Shown here: positions 39,304 to 53,149 of the stretch, in pieces | Position numbering within the stretch: the stretch's first letter is position 1 | Layout of the letters: the number at the start of each line of letters is the position of its first letter | Translations under genes and position numbers: made by a program | Notes under the pieces: generated by a model | What the model saw: the letters and a program-made list of their open reading frames with translations, nothing else | What the model was told of the DNA's origin: nothing | The model's database searches: none | Assembly: GCA_951406725.2 (NCBI GenBank) | Contig: OX597826.1 | Span: 49,662,001 to 49,726,000 of the forward strand | DNA from: Octopus vulgaris | Taxonomy: Eukaryota | Length of the DNA: 64,000 bases | Direction: 5' to 3'

Positions 39304-39352
<49 letters not shown>

Positions 39353-39958
39353 GTATATGGATGAAAGAATGAATGAATGCGTTTATGTCGAGAAAATGCG
39401 AGAGAGAGAGAGAGAAAGAGGGAGAGGGAGTGAGCCAATGATAGATATGTCTGTTTAACAATGGTAATGCTGATTTGGTTTTTCCTAAAATCCTGTTACC
39501 CTTCTCAATACATGATAACAGATCAAATATAAAAATACAAAGGTGAATGTCATTCAGTGATTCTGAAGGGGTTTTCTTTTGTTACTAATTACCGACATGG
39601 CAGTGTGGTTAAAGCGTTTCTTTTTCCCCAAAAAAAAACACATTGTTTGCGTGTTCAATCTCAGTAATCGAACTGCAAGGGTAGATGTTTTCCAACTGAT
39701 TTTGGATTAAGGACTTTGCTAGACAATAAAACCGTTTGGAAGCACATTGAGTAGACCGTTCCTGTTCTTGAGTTTTTGAGTTAATCTATCGCCCAAGTAC
39801 AGAGATTCTTGGCTCCCATATTCACCTTCATGAAATCCACTTAGGGCAAGGTCTTCGATTTCTGATCTTCCACGGATCTGGCAGTATTATAATTATGATT
39901 ATATATATAATATATATAATGTCTGTTTGTACGTATGTATATATATTTATGTGTGTGA

Positions 39959-39996
<38 letters not shown>

Positions 39997-40048
39997 TTAA
40001 AATCCATTAAAATGTTTTAGCCCGAAGACCGCGGCCATAGCTTTATAT

Positions 40049-40084
<36 letters not shown>

Positions 40085-40085
40085 A

Positions 40086-40119
<34 letters not shown>

Positions 40120-40567
40120 CTTTTGTGATCTGTTAGATATAAAGGCAGTCCTTGAATTTGTCGGTAGAGAGGTCAAGTTTCAGCCATTACTAAATCCAGA
40201 GGCTACACTCTCTACACTCACATAGGTGCCAAGATATATACTGATGCGGAATACACTGATCAGTTCGAATGTCGGCGAAACAATTGTAAATTTATGTAAT
40301 GAAATAATTTGCTCACTCAACTTTCTTTGTTAATAATTATATTAATTCTACGAATATTTTGGAGTTTCTAAAATATGATGCGTGAAAAAGCCGTTCTCTG
40401 ATTTATAGTCAGATCCGATAGCTTGCGAAACCCAGTGTGAAGAGCAGAATGAAATTGCTATGTACGTATGTATGTATGTATGTATGTATGTATGTATGTA
40501 TGTATGTATGTATGTATGTATGCATGTATGTATGTATGTATGTATGTATGTATGTATATGTGTGAAC

Positions 40568-41240
40568 GTATAGAAGCTCTTGTGTTGAAGCAAAGGCTTA
40601 GTTGGTGTGGTCATCTGGTCAAGATTAAAGATTCAAGGACGCCAAAACAACTTTTTTATGGAGAGTTAGCTAAAGGAGAATGACCTTCACATAAACCAAA
40701 GAAAAGAGGAATAGAGACTAGCTGAAGGCGTTCTTGAAAGATGCTAGCATCTCTCCTGACATATGAGAGGGCAAAGCTATTGATCGTAGCAGGTGGAGAA
40801 GGATTGTGCATGAAGAGACAGCTACTTTTGAGAAATCTCGAGTTGCGCATGAGAAAGTAAGGGGGGATGTAAGGAAGGGCATCGCTGTAGCACTTCCAGG
40901 TGGTAAGTGTCTTCCTATGACGCTGACATGCAGTGTCTGTGCAAAACCCTGCCTCAGGAAAGCTGGACTCATGAGTCATCTTCGTAGACATAAAGAGAGT
41001 CAATGATTGACTACCAGGCTGCTGGTGGTGGTGTTACACACCATACTAATCACATCCGTCGGGCATGTGGAAGGGTGTGTGATTCGGTGGGAGGACTTAA
41101 ACGACATGCAAAGGTACATGAAGCCCAATTACAATTACAGCCAGTGAAGGTTTTAGCTGCCAATTCTGTCCAAGACATTGGTGATCTCTAGCTGGGCTAA
41201 AAAGTCACATTCGATCACAGTACCAGTAACAGTTAAACTT
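40568..41240 (+). mobile_element. RTE-clade LINE 3' end with three C2H2-like zinc fingers, pseudogenised
   Basis: QRLSWCGHLVKIKDSRTPKQLFYGEL, DRSRWR, then CSVCAKPCLRKAGLMSHLRRH, (R)RACGRVCDSVGGLKRHAKVH and CQFC..LAGLKSHIRS. Confidence 0.88.
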
Positions 41241-41320
41241 CGTGCAATGGCCATACTCGATAACAAGGGGGCAGCCATCATATATATATATACAAATATG
41301 TGTGTGTGTGTTTATATATA

Positions 41321-41379
<59 letters not shown>

Positions 41380-41543
41380 GGTATATATCATATACATATA
41401 CATACATACACACACCTATATATATTTATAATGTTTGTTTTTTTATGTCAAGTTATACATAAAAACACTTTAACACTAAACTGTACGACTACTCAATATT
41501 TTTTACACGTTTATTAACCTCTTTCTTTATAAAATGGTGACAG

Positions 41544-41615
41544 CGACTTCAAAGTTTCAACTTGATTCCCTTCGTCAAACAGTCTGACGAAGTCAAGCAA
41601 ACCGAAACTTCGACT
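41544..41615. ncRNA. Divergent pair of degenerate hammerhead-like motifs
   Basis: Plus strand AGU-CUGACGA-AG..C-GAAA-CUUC-GACU; minus strand UUGACGA-AGGG..U-GAAA-CUUU. Stems imperfect. Confidence 0.4.
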
Positions 41616-42287
41616 CATCTTCAGCATGCATTTTTAATTCTTTTCGATGACGTTAGAGTAATATTTAAGGCAAAATTTGCTGCAGTTTCATACAGGTCTA
41701 TCGCCTACGTAGACGTTTACTTGATCACCGACTTCACCCAGCACTTATATACACTGACTATAATAACTTAATACTGCCAGAAACATTGTGATTGTGGGAG
41801 GGCTTCAAAGCACTCAGTAACTCCCAGTTTGCAAATAATACAGAGAACATAAATAAAAATGTAATGTAAAAGCATCGCAACTAAGCCTCCTTTATCTCCT
41901 AAATAATTCACACAACTCGCTACTGTAACCACCTGGCAAAGAATTCATTAACTTTCCTCGGACCACCTACCAATTATCATCACAAAACACACTCATACCA
42001 CTAATGACATCAAGAAACAGAATCAAAGTTTTCGAAATTCCACAATATTACAATTACCAATATAGACACTTCGGTACATATATCCAACAAAATAATTAAA
42101 GACGCTTCTAGTAAATAACCTATAAGGCAACTTCAAAAATACAATCCCAATTATTCACCGGAAATGGATAAAAACCAGCGAGAACCTCAGCCACAATACA
42201 CTAATATATACACACAACCCAAATAAAACTTGACATCAAACAAAACTTAACAAGGAAATAATAACAAAGAAGGAATATAACATAGAA

Positions 42288-42619
42288 GGCGCAGGCATGA
42301 TTGAGTTGGTTAAGAAGTTTGCTTTGCAACCACGAGGTTTCGCGTTTCGCAACCACGAGGTTTCCCGTTCCATCTCACTGCATGGCACTTTAGGCAAAGT
42401 GTTTTATTCTATAGCCTCGTGCCGACTAATGCCTACTGAGTGAATCTTGGTAGACGATAAATGCGTGGAAGCCCGGCGTAGGAGTGGCTGTGCGGTAAGT
42501 AGCTTGCTTACCAGTCCCACTGTGTGGTATCTTGGGCAAGTGTCTTCTACTATAACTTCGGGCCGACCAAAGCCTTGTGAGTGGATTTGGTAGACGGAAA
42601 CTAAAAGAAGCCCGTCGTA

Positions 42620-42657
<38 letters not shown>

Positions 42658-42868
42658 GTGTGTGTCTGTGTTTGTCCCCCCAACATCGCTTGACAACCGA
42701 TGCTGGTGTGTTTGCGTCCCCATAACTTAGCGGTTCGGCAAAAGTGACCGATAAAATAAGTACTAGGCTTACAAATAATAAGTCCTGGGGTCGACTTACT
42801 CGACCCAAGGCGGTGCTCCAGCATGGCCACAGTCAAATGACTGAAGCAAGTAAAAGAGTAAAAGAGAA
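42288..42868 (+). mobile_element. Old SINE B 5' half followed by a younger near-full SINE B (42475-42868)
   Basis: Consensus motifs. Confidence 0.88.
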
Positions 42869-43286
42869 TATATATATATGAGAGGCATTGGTATCCAGAA
42901 GACCCAAGGTGGCAGGTAAGGCTATGTAACTGCTATGGAAGGACCGTAGTTAAACTTTCGATTCGATAGGAGTCTAATGCGGGTCTTGAATGAGCATGTA
43001 TACGTTAAATAAAAGGAGACAACAAAGCCATGGCTGTGTGGAATTTTCAGGACAATTATAAAGAGAAAGATAGTCTTACAGCTGAAAGTCTTACGATGTA
43101 TGATGGTTAAATAGAGGGAAAGATTAGAGTTCAATATGAGGAGTTATTTTGTAAAAGGAAGCAAATAAGGAGTATATAAGTAAATGGGAGAATGAATGTA
43201 GAAATAAAAATAAAAGTGTATAAAAATATTATAGTTGCAGTTCCATTATCCACAGAAAATGGTGTGTAGAAGTAGTAGAAATGCTT

Positions 43287-43358
<72 letters not shown>

Positions 43359-43397
43359 TATATTTGTATATATATATGTATATATATATATATATAT

Positions 43398-43481
<84 letters not shown>

Positions 43482-43520
43482 GTATGTATTATATTCACAC
43501 GTTAATACGCACACACACAA

Positions 43521-43553
<33 letters not shown>

Positions 43554-43579
43554 ATTTATACATACATACATACATACAT

Positions 43580-43660
43580 ACCAGGTGGTGCTATTAAGTT
43601 AGACATGGCCTGGGCCAATAATGGCCGAAACCTATCAAAGTATCAAAGTATCAAAGTATC
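43580..43660 (+). mobile_element. Short LINE-like 3' end with (TATCAAAG)n tail, copy 1
   Basis: ACCAGGTGGTGCTATTAAGTTAGACATGGCCTGGGCCAATAATGGCCGAAACC(TATCAAAG)3, identical to 49042-49120. Confidence 0.75.
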
Positions 43661-43689
43661 ATACATACATATGTGTGTGTTTGTGTGCG

Positions 43690-43960
43690 TGTTTGTGTGT
43701 GTGTGTGTGTGTGTATTCCTCCCACATGTCGCTTGACAACCGGTGGTGGCTTGTTTACGTCTCCGTTACTTAATGGTGCGGCAAAAGAGATCGATAGGAT
43801 AAGTACCACACTTTAAAACAAAATAAGCACTGGTATACAATTATTCGACCTAAACCGTTTAAGGCGGTTCTACAATCTTATTATGATCATGAGTCCAACA
43901 CCCTAACCACTAAGCCATATGCGCCTCCACAGTCGAAGATCAATGATTGAAACAAGTAAT
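43690..43960 (+). mobile_element. Degenerate SINE B 3' half
   Basis: cgcttgacaaccgg..tttacgtctccg..gcaaaagagatcgatag. Confidence 0.7.
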
Positions 43961-45704
43961 AGAAAAAAGTTTTGCAGTGACAAAAAGGATGATCCTAAGA
44001 CGGATGATCTGATCCGAACTGACTCGGAGCTAAACAAAAACATTTGCTGAAAACCGAAAACCTTACAAGGAAGGACCCATGATTTATGAGAAAGTGAGAA
44101 GCGGCAATGTGTTGCTATGATGTTACAATGGGATATTACTCTGCGTTGTTTAGCGTCGTGTTTTTAAAATTCTATAATGAAAGTTTCCAGCCGTGACCAT
44201 CCGGGCTACTTTAGTCAGATACAGAGCATTTATGATTACTGTATGCATTGAATCATTTATTTTACATGCGGGAGTAATGTCAATTGAGGGAGGCTTACCT
44301 GCTATTTCTAGCAGATCTAGCAAACATATAGATGTTCTCTAGTTGGTTCAGGTTGTTGTTGGGCCAAGTCGGCCTTCTAAGAACAAAGATGCCTCATCAC
44401 CGAACAGTTCGCATCCTCCCTTTTTCTAACTCAGTGTATCTAGGAATACACTATCCAAAATCTCCTCCCCTTATTTATCATGGAGTGATTCGAAGGAGAT
44501 TTGGCTGTTAGTTTTAACAGGCCAAATGACCGTGTATTTTTGTGTATGTGTGTATATAAGTGTATTTACATACACACTCATGCATATACATGCATGCACA
44601 CAGCATACACTTCTGCGCACACATGAATGCATTCCTAGATTCCAACTCGAGCAAACACACATACATGTACACTTATGTTCGTTCGCCGGAGCAACGAGGA
44701 CCATCTAGTGATCCTTAAGGATGACTGATGACCTGCACAGTGACTTTGTTTAAAATGAAGAAGAGTCAACATCATGTCTGTAAACATCTTCAATCCAATG
44801 GCAAGACCACTTTAAGAAGGCTGAACATGGAGACATGCGGTGGATGACCAAAAGAATATTTTGCTTGCTTCATTTTGTATTCTGCACTTAACAACGCATT
44901 ACTTGTTGTAACTAACTTCCTCTCTGCCGAACCACGAAGATTTCTTCTGCAGAGTATGCCAATTCACTCTTCACAGACATTGATAGCCAAGCCCTAATAT
45001 GCTAATTAACCCTGACAAGTGCTGCTTCACCGGATCAATGCCTAATAGTGTCTAAGAAATGGTTTTTTGATATGTACATTTACGCATATACCCATATATT
45101 TTAATATATGTTTGTGTGTGTATGTGTGTGTGTAGTGCCCAGTTCTCTAGAAATGATTAAAGCGTTCCAATTGTGACCATTCCCTTTTGTTATATTTCAC
45201 TTTGTCTTTTCAAAAGATTAGTATATATATATCTAAGATCACGACATCCTATAACTCTCATTCCATTACTGAAGATAATCAGAGAGTAATTTCAGGCAGG
45301 TTTAGCTGTTCTTTCTAGCATGTCTATATAGTACGCAAGGACTTCAGTCGATTCTTCGTCTATATTTTGTGTCAGGTTTGTAAAGAAGTTGAACAAATTA
45401 ACCGAAAGCCCGAGTCAGTGAACTGACGCAACCTCGTCTTCCAGGCAACATCTGGTTCCTTTTAGACAACCACCGACTTCAGTTCTATCGGTTTAATAAT
45501 CATTTTAACACAACTGCTCGCTCTACGCACGCACTCACGCCTAGATTTGCACGCACGCACGCGCGCAACACACACACACACTCCTACACATACACACATA
45601 CACAGATATTCACACATACACACACACACGTACACAGATATTCACACATACACAGACACACTCATACACACACAGACACACACACACATATATATACATA
45701 TACA

Positions 45705-45825
45705 GGTGCAGGCCTGGCTGTGCGGTAAGAAGCTTGCTTCCCAACCATATGGTTCCGAGTTCAGTCCTACTGTGTGGTACCTTGAGCAAGTGTCTTCTAC
45801 TATAGCCTCGAGCCTACTGAAGCCC
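45705..45825 (+). mobile_element. SINE B 5' fragment
   Basis: tRNA head and ccttgagcaagtgtcttctactatagcc. Confidence 0.8.
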
Positions 45826-46589
45826 TGTGCGCTTAAATACATTCCTAGATTCAAACTCTAGCAAAACACACACACATATGCAAGCACACAGACACACACA
45901 CATACACACACACACACGCACACACACACACACACACACACATTTGAATTTGTGTGCCTAAGTGTTTTTGTGTGTACTTGCCTCTCTGTCTATCAGTCTG
46001 TATGTATGTATGCATGCATGTGTGTATGTATGCATGTATGTATGCATGCATGTATGGCTGTATGTGTGCATGCATGCATGTATGTATGGATATATGTCAG
46101 TACGTACGCATATATGTGAGTATGCGCATGTGTATAAAGCTCAACGAAGCGTCAACTGTTCATATGTAACCACCGGTTTGTGTCAATACACAAACTGCAT
46201 ATGAACAGCTGAGCGAGTCATGTGTCTTTAAACTGCTCAGTCCAGATCACTATCAATAGGTACCACCTTGTTCATCAGCATAAGTAGTGTAATCTTGATG
46301 AGTGTTTCATTTAATTACAGGACTTTTGTTCAAATCGATTTGGAAAGAGATCATCAGATGAGTGAAAAGTAGAATTTTCCTCCATTTCGCTTCTATAAAT
46401 GTCTTTTATTTTATCTGTTTTAGTTATTGAACGGCAGCCATTTTGGAGTACCGCCTTGAAGGGTTTTTAGGCGAACGAATTGACCCCAGGATTTATTCTT
46501 TTAAGCCACTTACTACTCATTCTATCGTTCTCTTTTTGCCGAACACACTCACACACACACATGTGTATGTATATGGATATGTTACGGGA

Positions 46590-46790
46590 AGCTTTATGAA
46601 AATAAACAAAAGACGAAGGCAGGTGGAATACAAACAAACAATTGTATTAGTATGGCGCTCAGGAATATAAATAAAACAAGTCTTTTACGTTTCGAGCCTA
46701 CGCTCTTCAACAGAAAGATACACAGAAAAGAAACACGGAGAGAAACAAGGAGAGAAAAACATGCGTGCAGAAGCTAGCGAATATGTATAT
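46590..46790 (-). mobile_element. Penelope-like terminal module with hammerhead-like motif (46681-46718)
   Basis: Minus strand UCUUU-CUGUUGA-A-GAGC-GUAG-GCUC-GAAA-CG-UA-AAAGA with a perfect 5-bp stem I. Follows a SINE B 3' half (46400-46545). Confidence 0.72.
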
Positions 46791-47378
46791 GTGTATGCAT
46801 AAATATATAAAGAACATAAATATATTAAGAACTCATGAGAGATTATGTTAGTGACTGCAAGCTTAAAGCCGTACAGGCAAAATTAATAGATGTATGTAAG
46901 AATTATATATAACAAGAGCGTTATGAAACACCACCAGCTTTGTTAAAATAGGAGTCAAAAATACTCCGAAGCCACAAAATTAACACTAGATTTTCGCAGG
47001 CATGGTTGGAAAAAGAACTAAGTGAATAAAGATTGCGGTTTAACTCTGTAAAATTGCTATCATGATTTCGAATTTGATTCTCTTCAGCCAAGTCTACTCA
47101 TAGCAAACCTATGTGTCACTTCAAACATATATATGTGTATACATATATATATATATAAATATATATTCTTTTACTTATTTCAGTCATTTAACAGCGGCCA
47201 TTCCGGAGCACCATGTACATATTTCTATCTCTATGTCCTTCTCTCTTTCTCTCTCTCGCTCTCCCTCTTTCTTTCTCTGCACATATGTATGTATGCATGT
47301 GTATGAGTGTATATATATATATATACATACATACATACACACACGCACGCACGCATGTACACACACACACACACACAT

Positions 47379-47410
<32 letters not shown>

Positions 47411-47474
47411 GATATATATATATATATATATATATATAGTAGAATAAGTAAAGAGAAAGTTCTTGGTACAGTAT

Positions 47475-47712
47475 TATATACATTTGAAAGAATGAGTAGA
47501 GGTGGCTTTTTTTAGGGGGATACTTTTTATTTTAATCTTAATAATAGTATTTGCAATGAGTTTCAAGCTTTCAAGTAGCCGTTTCAAAATGGCTACTTGA
47601 AAGCTTGAAATTCATATCAGAGTACCCCATTGTAAATACTATTATTAAGATTAAAATAAAAATTATCCTCCTCAAAAAAAGCCATCTCTACTCATTCTTT
47701 CAAATGTGTATA
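47475..47712. repeat. Long imperfect inverted repeat (~110-bp arms) in (TA)n, Penelope-like inverted terminal module
   Basis: CATTTGAAAGAATGAGTAGAG..TTTCAAGCTTTCAAGTAGCC pairs with GGCTACTTGAAAGCTTGAAA..CTCTACTCATTCTTTCAAATG. Confidence 0.9.
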
Positions 47713-47723
47713 TATATATATAC

Positions 47724-47818
<95 letters not shown>

Positions 47819-48326
47819 TGTACACACATGCACACTGAGAAGTGAACTAACCTCAGCTCACTTAACCCAACGGCCATCTTAAAGTGATTGTGGTGTGACA
47901 CAAAGATTTCAAGTTTGATTCAGCGTCAACTATTTCCTGTTTCCACAATGTCACGTGTCCTGATGAGACCCCAGTGGCGTCACCTTCAACTCGACCATTT
48001 TCTTTAAGGGGTCGGAAGCATTTCACGATGACTGTTCCCTTTAATTCGTTCCGCTTCATAACCGTCACTTTTCATACGTTACTATTTCTTACTGAATTTT
48101 TGTTTTATTGTTCTTATTATTTTGAGGACTGTCAGTATAAAGTCATATACCTTCTCACGGTCTCTCTCCCTCTTTCACACACACACATACACACAAACAC
48201 ACACACTCACACTCACAAGCACACAGACATATATACGGGAGCTATTAATTACAAATTGTTCAAATATAAATATGCATGCCTGGGTGTGCAGGGCTATGTT
48301 AATGTATATATGTATATATATATATG

Positions 48327-48398
<72 letters not shown>

Positions 48399-48414
48399 CA
48401 TATGTATGTATATG

Positions 48415-48472
<58 letters not shown>

Positions 48473-48551
48473 TTAAGCAAAAATTTAGATTTAAATGAAT
48501 ATATATATATATATACGCACACACATATGTATGTATGTATGTATATGCATT

Positions 48552-48617
<66 letters not shown>

Positions 48618-48869
48618 TATGCGAATATGTATGTATGTATGTGTAATATATGCATAAGGCATATATATAATTCGAACCGTATCCACCCACGACATATTAA
48701 TAACCACACCCGCACGCACGCAGCCACACATACAGGGACAAACATACACGCACCACAGACATATACAGATATATTCAATTCTCTTTATCATCATACATTG
48801 CAGTGTGTGTGTATGTGCTTGTTTGTGTGTGTGTGAGTGTGTATGCATAGATAGACAGATAGATAGATA

Positions 48870-48931
<62 letters not shown>

Positions 48932-48991
48932 CATATATATATGTCTGTGTGTGTGTATTATTGTATGTATGTAGGTAAGTATGTATGTATT

Positions 48992-49030
<39 letters not shown>

Positions 49031-49032
<2 letters not shown>

Positions 49033-49120
49033 AAAGACTTCACCAGGTGGTGCTATTAAGTTAGACATGGCCTGGGCCAATAATGGCCGAAACCTATCAA
49101 AGTATCAAAGTATCAAAGTA
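49031..49120 (+). mobile_element. Short LINE-like 3' end with (TATCAAAG)n tail, copy 2
   Basis: Identical to 43580-43660, (TA)n flanked. Confidence 0.75.
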
Positions 49121-49148
49121 TATATATATATATATATGTATGTATGCA

Positions 49149-49580
49149 TGTATGTATGTTTGTATGTATGGCGCAGGAGTGGCTGTGTGGTAAGTAGCTT
49201 GCTTACCAACCACATGCTTCCGGGTTCCGTCCCACTGCGCGGCACCTTGGGCAAGTGTCTTCTACTATAGCCTCGGGCCGACCAAAGCCTTGTGAGTGGA
49301 TTTGGTAGACGGAAACTGAAAGAAGCCCGTCGTATATATGTATATGTGTGTGTGTGTGTGTTTGTGTGTCTGTGTTTGTCCCCCCAAAATCGATTGACAA
49401 CCGATGCTGGTGTGTTTCCGTCTCCGTAACTTAGCGGTTCGGCAAAAGAGACCGATAGAATAAGTACTAGGCTTACAAAGAATAAGTCCTGGGGTCGATT
49501 TACTCGACTAAAGGCGGTGCTCCAGCTTGGCCGCAGTCAAATGACTGAAACAAATAAAAGAAAAAAAGAATAAAAGAATA
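49149..49580 (+). mobile_element. Full-length SINE family B
   Basis: Near-consensus copy. Confidence 0.93.
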
Positions 49581-49743
49581 AGAACGTATGTGTGCATGTG
49601 TGTGAATGTATATATGTATGTGATTGTGCATAATGTATTATTTATTTTCTTGTGATCAACATTGCTATGTATTCCTTAGAATACAATCATGTATGTGCAT
49701 GAAAATATGTCGTTGCATATACTAGTTAATGTGTGTGTGTGTT

Positions 49744-49789
<46 letters not shown>

Positions 49790-49795
49790 AATGTA

Positions 49796-49857
<62 letters not shown>

Positions 49858-50320
49858 CATAAGCAGAAGTGCACGTGTGCACATTCGGGTCACTAGGACT
49901 CATAGTTTTGCCTGCAGTCGACTTTTTGACCGATGATGAGGTTTAAGAGGAAGTGGAGTCTGGTTGTTTGTTAACCAGACACAGGAAGTAGACAAGAATA
50001 AATATCTGGACATACCGTCTGGAATCACTCAGACACATAATAATATATCACACATAAAGGCGCATGCGCTATATGTGTGATATATATTTCAGTTATACAT
50101 TCACGCGTACGTATGTATATATATACATATACCTACATATATGCAGGAGCACGTTGAAATTGATATTTTACATGGCATATCTACGTATGTAACTGTATAT
50201 ATATGTATATATATAAATATGTATATATATATACACACATATATATACGCACATTTGAGTGTGTATATATATATATGCATGCGTGTGTGCGTGTATGTGT
50301 GTGAGAGCGAGAGAGCGCGC

Positions 50321-50386
<66 letters not shown>

Positions 50387-50494
50387 AGGGACATTGCTAA
50401 AATCTACGAAATTTCTTCATCACGCAGCCATGTCTGCATGTAAATATATATGCTTGTAAGTATATATGCATGTATACAAATATATATGAACACA

Positions 50495-50870
<376 letters not shown>

Positions 50871-50924
50871 CACATAAATTTGTACATTTACATGTATACA
50901 TGTATATGTATTTACATAAATATA

Positions 50925-51540
50925 TAGGGAGAATTCACAAAAAAAAACAAAAGACGAAGACAAGTGGTGTAAACAACAAACAGATGTATTAGTGTAACGC
51001 TTTTCCACAGAAAGAAACACAGAAAGAAACACGGAGAGAAAAGAAAGAATGTGTAGTGGCTAGCAATCTATCATGGCGAATGCTGGACAGTGAGTCACAC
51101 AGAAGGGCTAGGAAGAAGGGGAGATAATAAAGTAGTGGTGATCCCAAAAGGTTGGCGTATGTGTATATGGGAGCATGTATGTGCGTGTGGAAGAGGGCTG
51201 GTGACCTTGACGTGTGCATGTGTGCATGTGTAGGTGTGTGGATAATGGTGTGGGCTGGGAAGTGGTCAGTGCTATTGTGTGCGTGGTGGTGTGATGTGAT
51301 GTGGTGTTGTGTGGAATGGTGGTGTATTGTGTGGTGGTATGTGGTGTGGTGGTGTATGGTGTGTGGTGTGGTGTGGTGGTGTTGGGATGTGGGGGATGCG
51401 AGAGTGGGGAAAGCAAGGGTGGGGTGTGGGTTAGGCTGAAGGTAGTGGTAGAGGTGAGGTATGTAGGAGTGGGTGTAAGGGGTGGGGTGGGATGGGATGC
51501 GTCGGAAAGGTGGGGTTGGATTGTGTAGTGGTGGGGCACT
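50925..51540 (-). mobile_element. Penelope-like module with the hammerhead region deleted, followed by a GT-rich low-complexity body
   Basis: Shares caaaagacgaagac..tgtattagt..acgct and cagaaag..aaacacggagagaaa with 46590-46790 but lacks the intervening motif. Confidence 0.6.
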
Positions 51541-51752
51541 CACATATATATACACACACATACATTCATACATACACACATACATATGCACATACATGCA
51601 TACATACATACATACATACATACATACATACATAAATACATACATAAATACATACATACATACATACATACATACATACATACATACATACATGCATACA
51701 TGCATACATACATACATACATACATACATACATACATACATACATACATACA

Positions 51753-51787
<35 letters not shown>

Positions 51788-51859
51788 GAAGGTTATCTAC
51801 TCATGATTGATGAATACCGTAACTGACCATTAAGAACATTTTGCGCTCAAACGCATATT

Positions 51860-52250
51860 TGACACTTTTTTTCTCTGCTGGTGACTAACGCACCCAGACT
51901 CGACAAAGATATTCGTCCGCAGATATTGCAGATCAAGCTTCCCCAGTTCACTACACCGACGGCGAGTTTGCGGACAGCTCGCAATTCGCAAAATAAAAAG
52001 CACGAATGTGTGCAACAGTAAGGCAGAAGGGAAAAATAAGGGGACAAAGATGACGCCTCGTTTGATACCATTCTCTATAGGAATCGGTCCTGCTTTGATA
52101 CTATCGATATAAACTCATGCCTCCAACCCATCGTGGAAGGATTTATTTATCAATTCAAAGTGATCCGGACAACGTAGTTTACCGAGCATTTTTGATGGAG
52201 AGGCCCTATTCACAGGATTCAAGGCTTTAGAAACAGTAGACAGAAGGAAG
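51860..52250 (-). mobile_element. Internally deleted RTE LINE relic (RT segment fused to the C-terminal zinc finger)
   Basis: SKALNPVNR..LGKLRCPDHFELINKSFHDGLEA..PIPIENGIKRG, then LICNICGRISLS..VSHQ. Confidence 0.75.
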
Positions 52251-52296
52251 TCCAAAAGAAAAGGGAGACGGAGGGGAAAAAACGCCGACAATCCAC

Positions 52297-52337
<41 letters not shown>

Positions 52338-52342
<5 letters not shown>

Positions 52343-52500
52343 GGTTTCTTTCCGTTTCCGTCTACCAAACATATTCACAAGGCTTTTTGGTCAGCTCGAA
52401 GCTATAGCAGAAGACAGTTGCCCAAGATGCTATATAGTGGGACTGAACCCGGAACTATGTGGTTGGGAAGCTAGCTTCTTATCACTCAACCAACAACCTG
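52338..52500 (-). mobile_element. SINE B 5' half
   Basis: tttccgtctaccaaa..gggactgaacccggaac. Confidence 0.8.
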
Positions 52501-52539
52501 CAATATACATGTACTATATATGTAATAATTAAATTATAC

Positions 52540-52616
52540 AAGGCGGTGAGCCGGCAGATTCGTCAGCACGCCGAGAGAAATTCCTTGCGGCTTTTCGTCC
52601 GTCATCACGTTACCTG

Positions 52617-52676
<60 letters not shown>

Positions 52677-52985
52677 ATGTATATATATATATACACATAC
52701 ATACACATACATGCACATACATACACATATAATATGAATGCATGTATATGTGTTAGTATATACGCACAAAGGCGGTGAGCTGGCAGAAACGTTAGCACGC
52801 CGGGCGAAATGCACAGCAGCATTTCGTCTGCCGTTACGTTCTGAGTTCAAATTCCGCCGAGGTCGACTTTGCCTTTCATTCTTTGGAGTCGATAAAATAA
52901 GTTCCAGTTGATCACAAGGGCCCATGAAATCGACTAACTTCTTCCCCTGAAATAGCTGGCCTTTCGCCAAAATTTGAACCCAATG
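52540..52985 (+). mobile_element. SINE A head fragment (52540-52612) and full SINE A (52769-52985)
   Basis: Consensus motifs. Confidence 0.85.
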
Positions 52986-53149
52986 ATAAAATTATATATT
53001 ATGCACTTTATTATGGGCATGATGTTCCGGTTCGGTGTGCAAAAACTGGATGCGGAATGCTGCTGTAGAGCAAGCTGTATTCAACGATACAACAGAGAGC
53101 TATTGTATACCAACACTACATCATATACCATACATCACTTATTCATTAG

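Noticed and set aside
40806-41191. Host C2H2 zinc-finger gene
   Set aside because: It lacks TGEKP linkers and directly follows RTE post-RT motifs containing stops.
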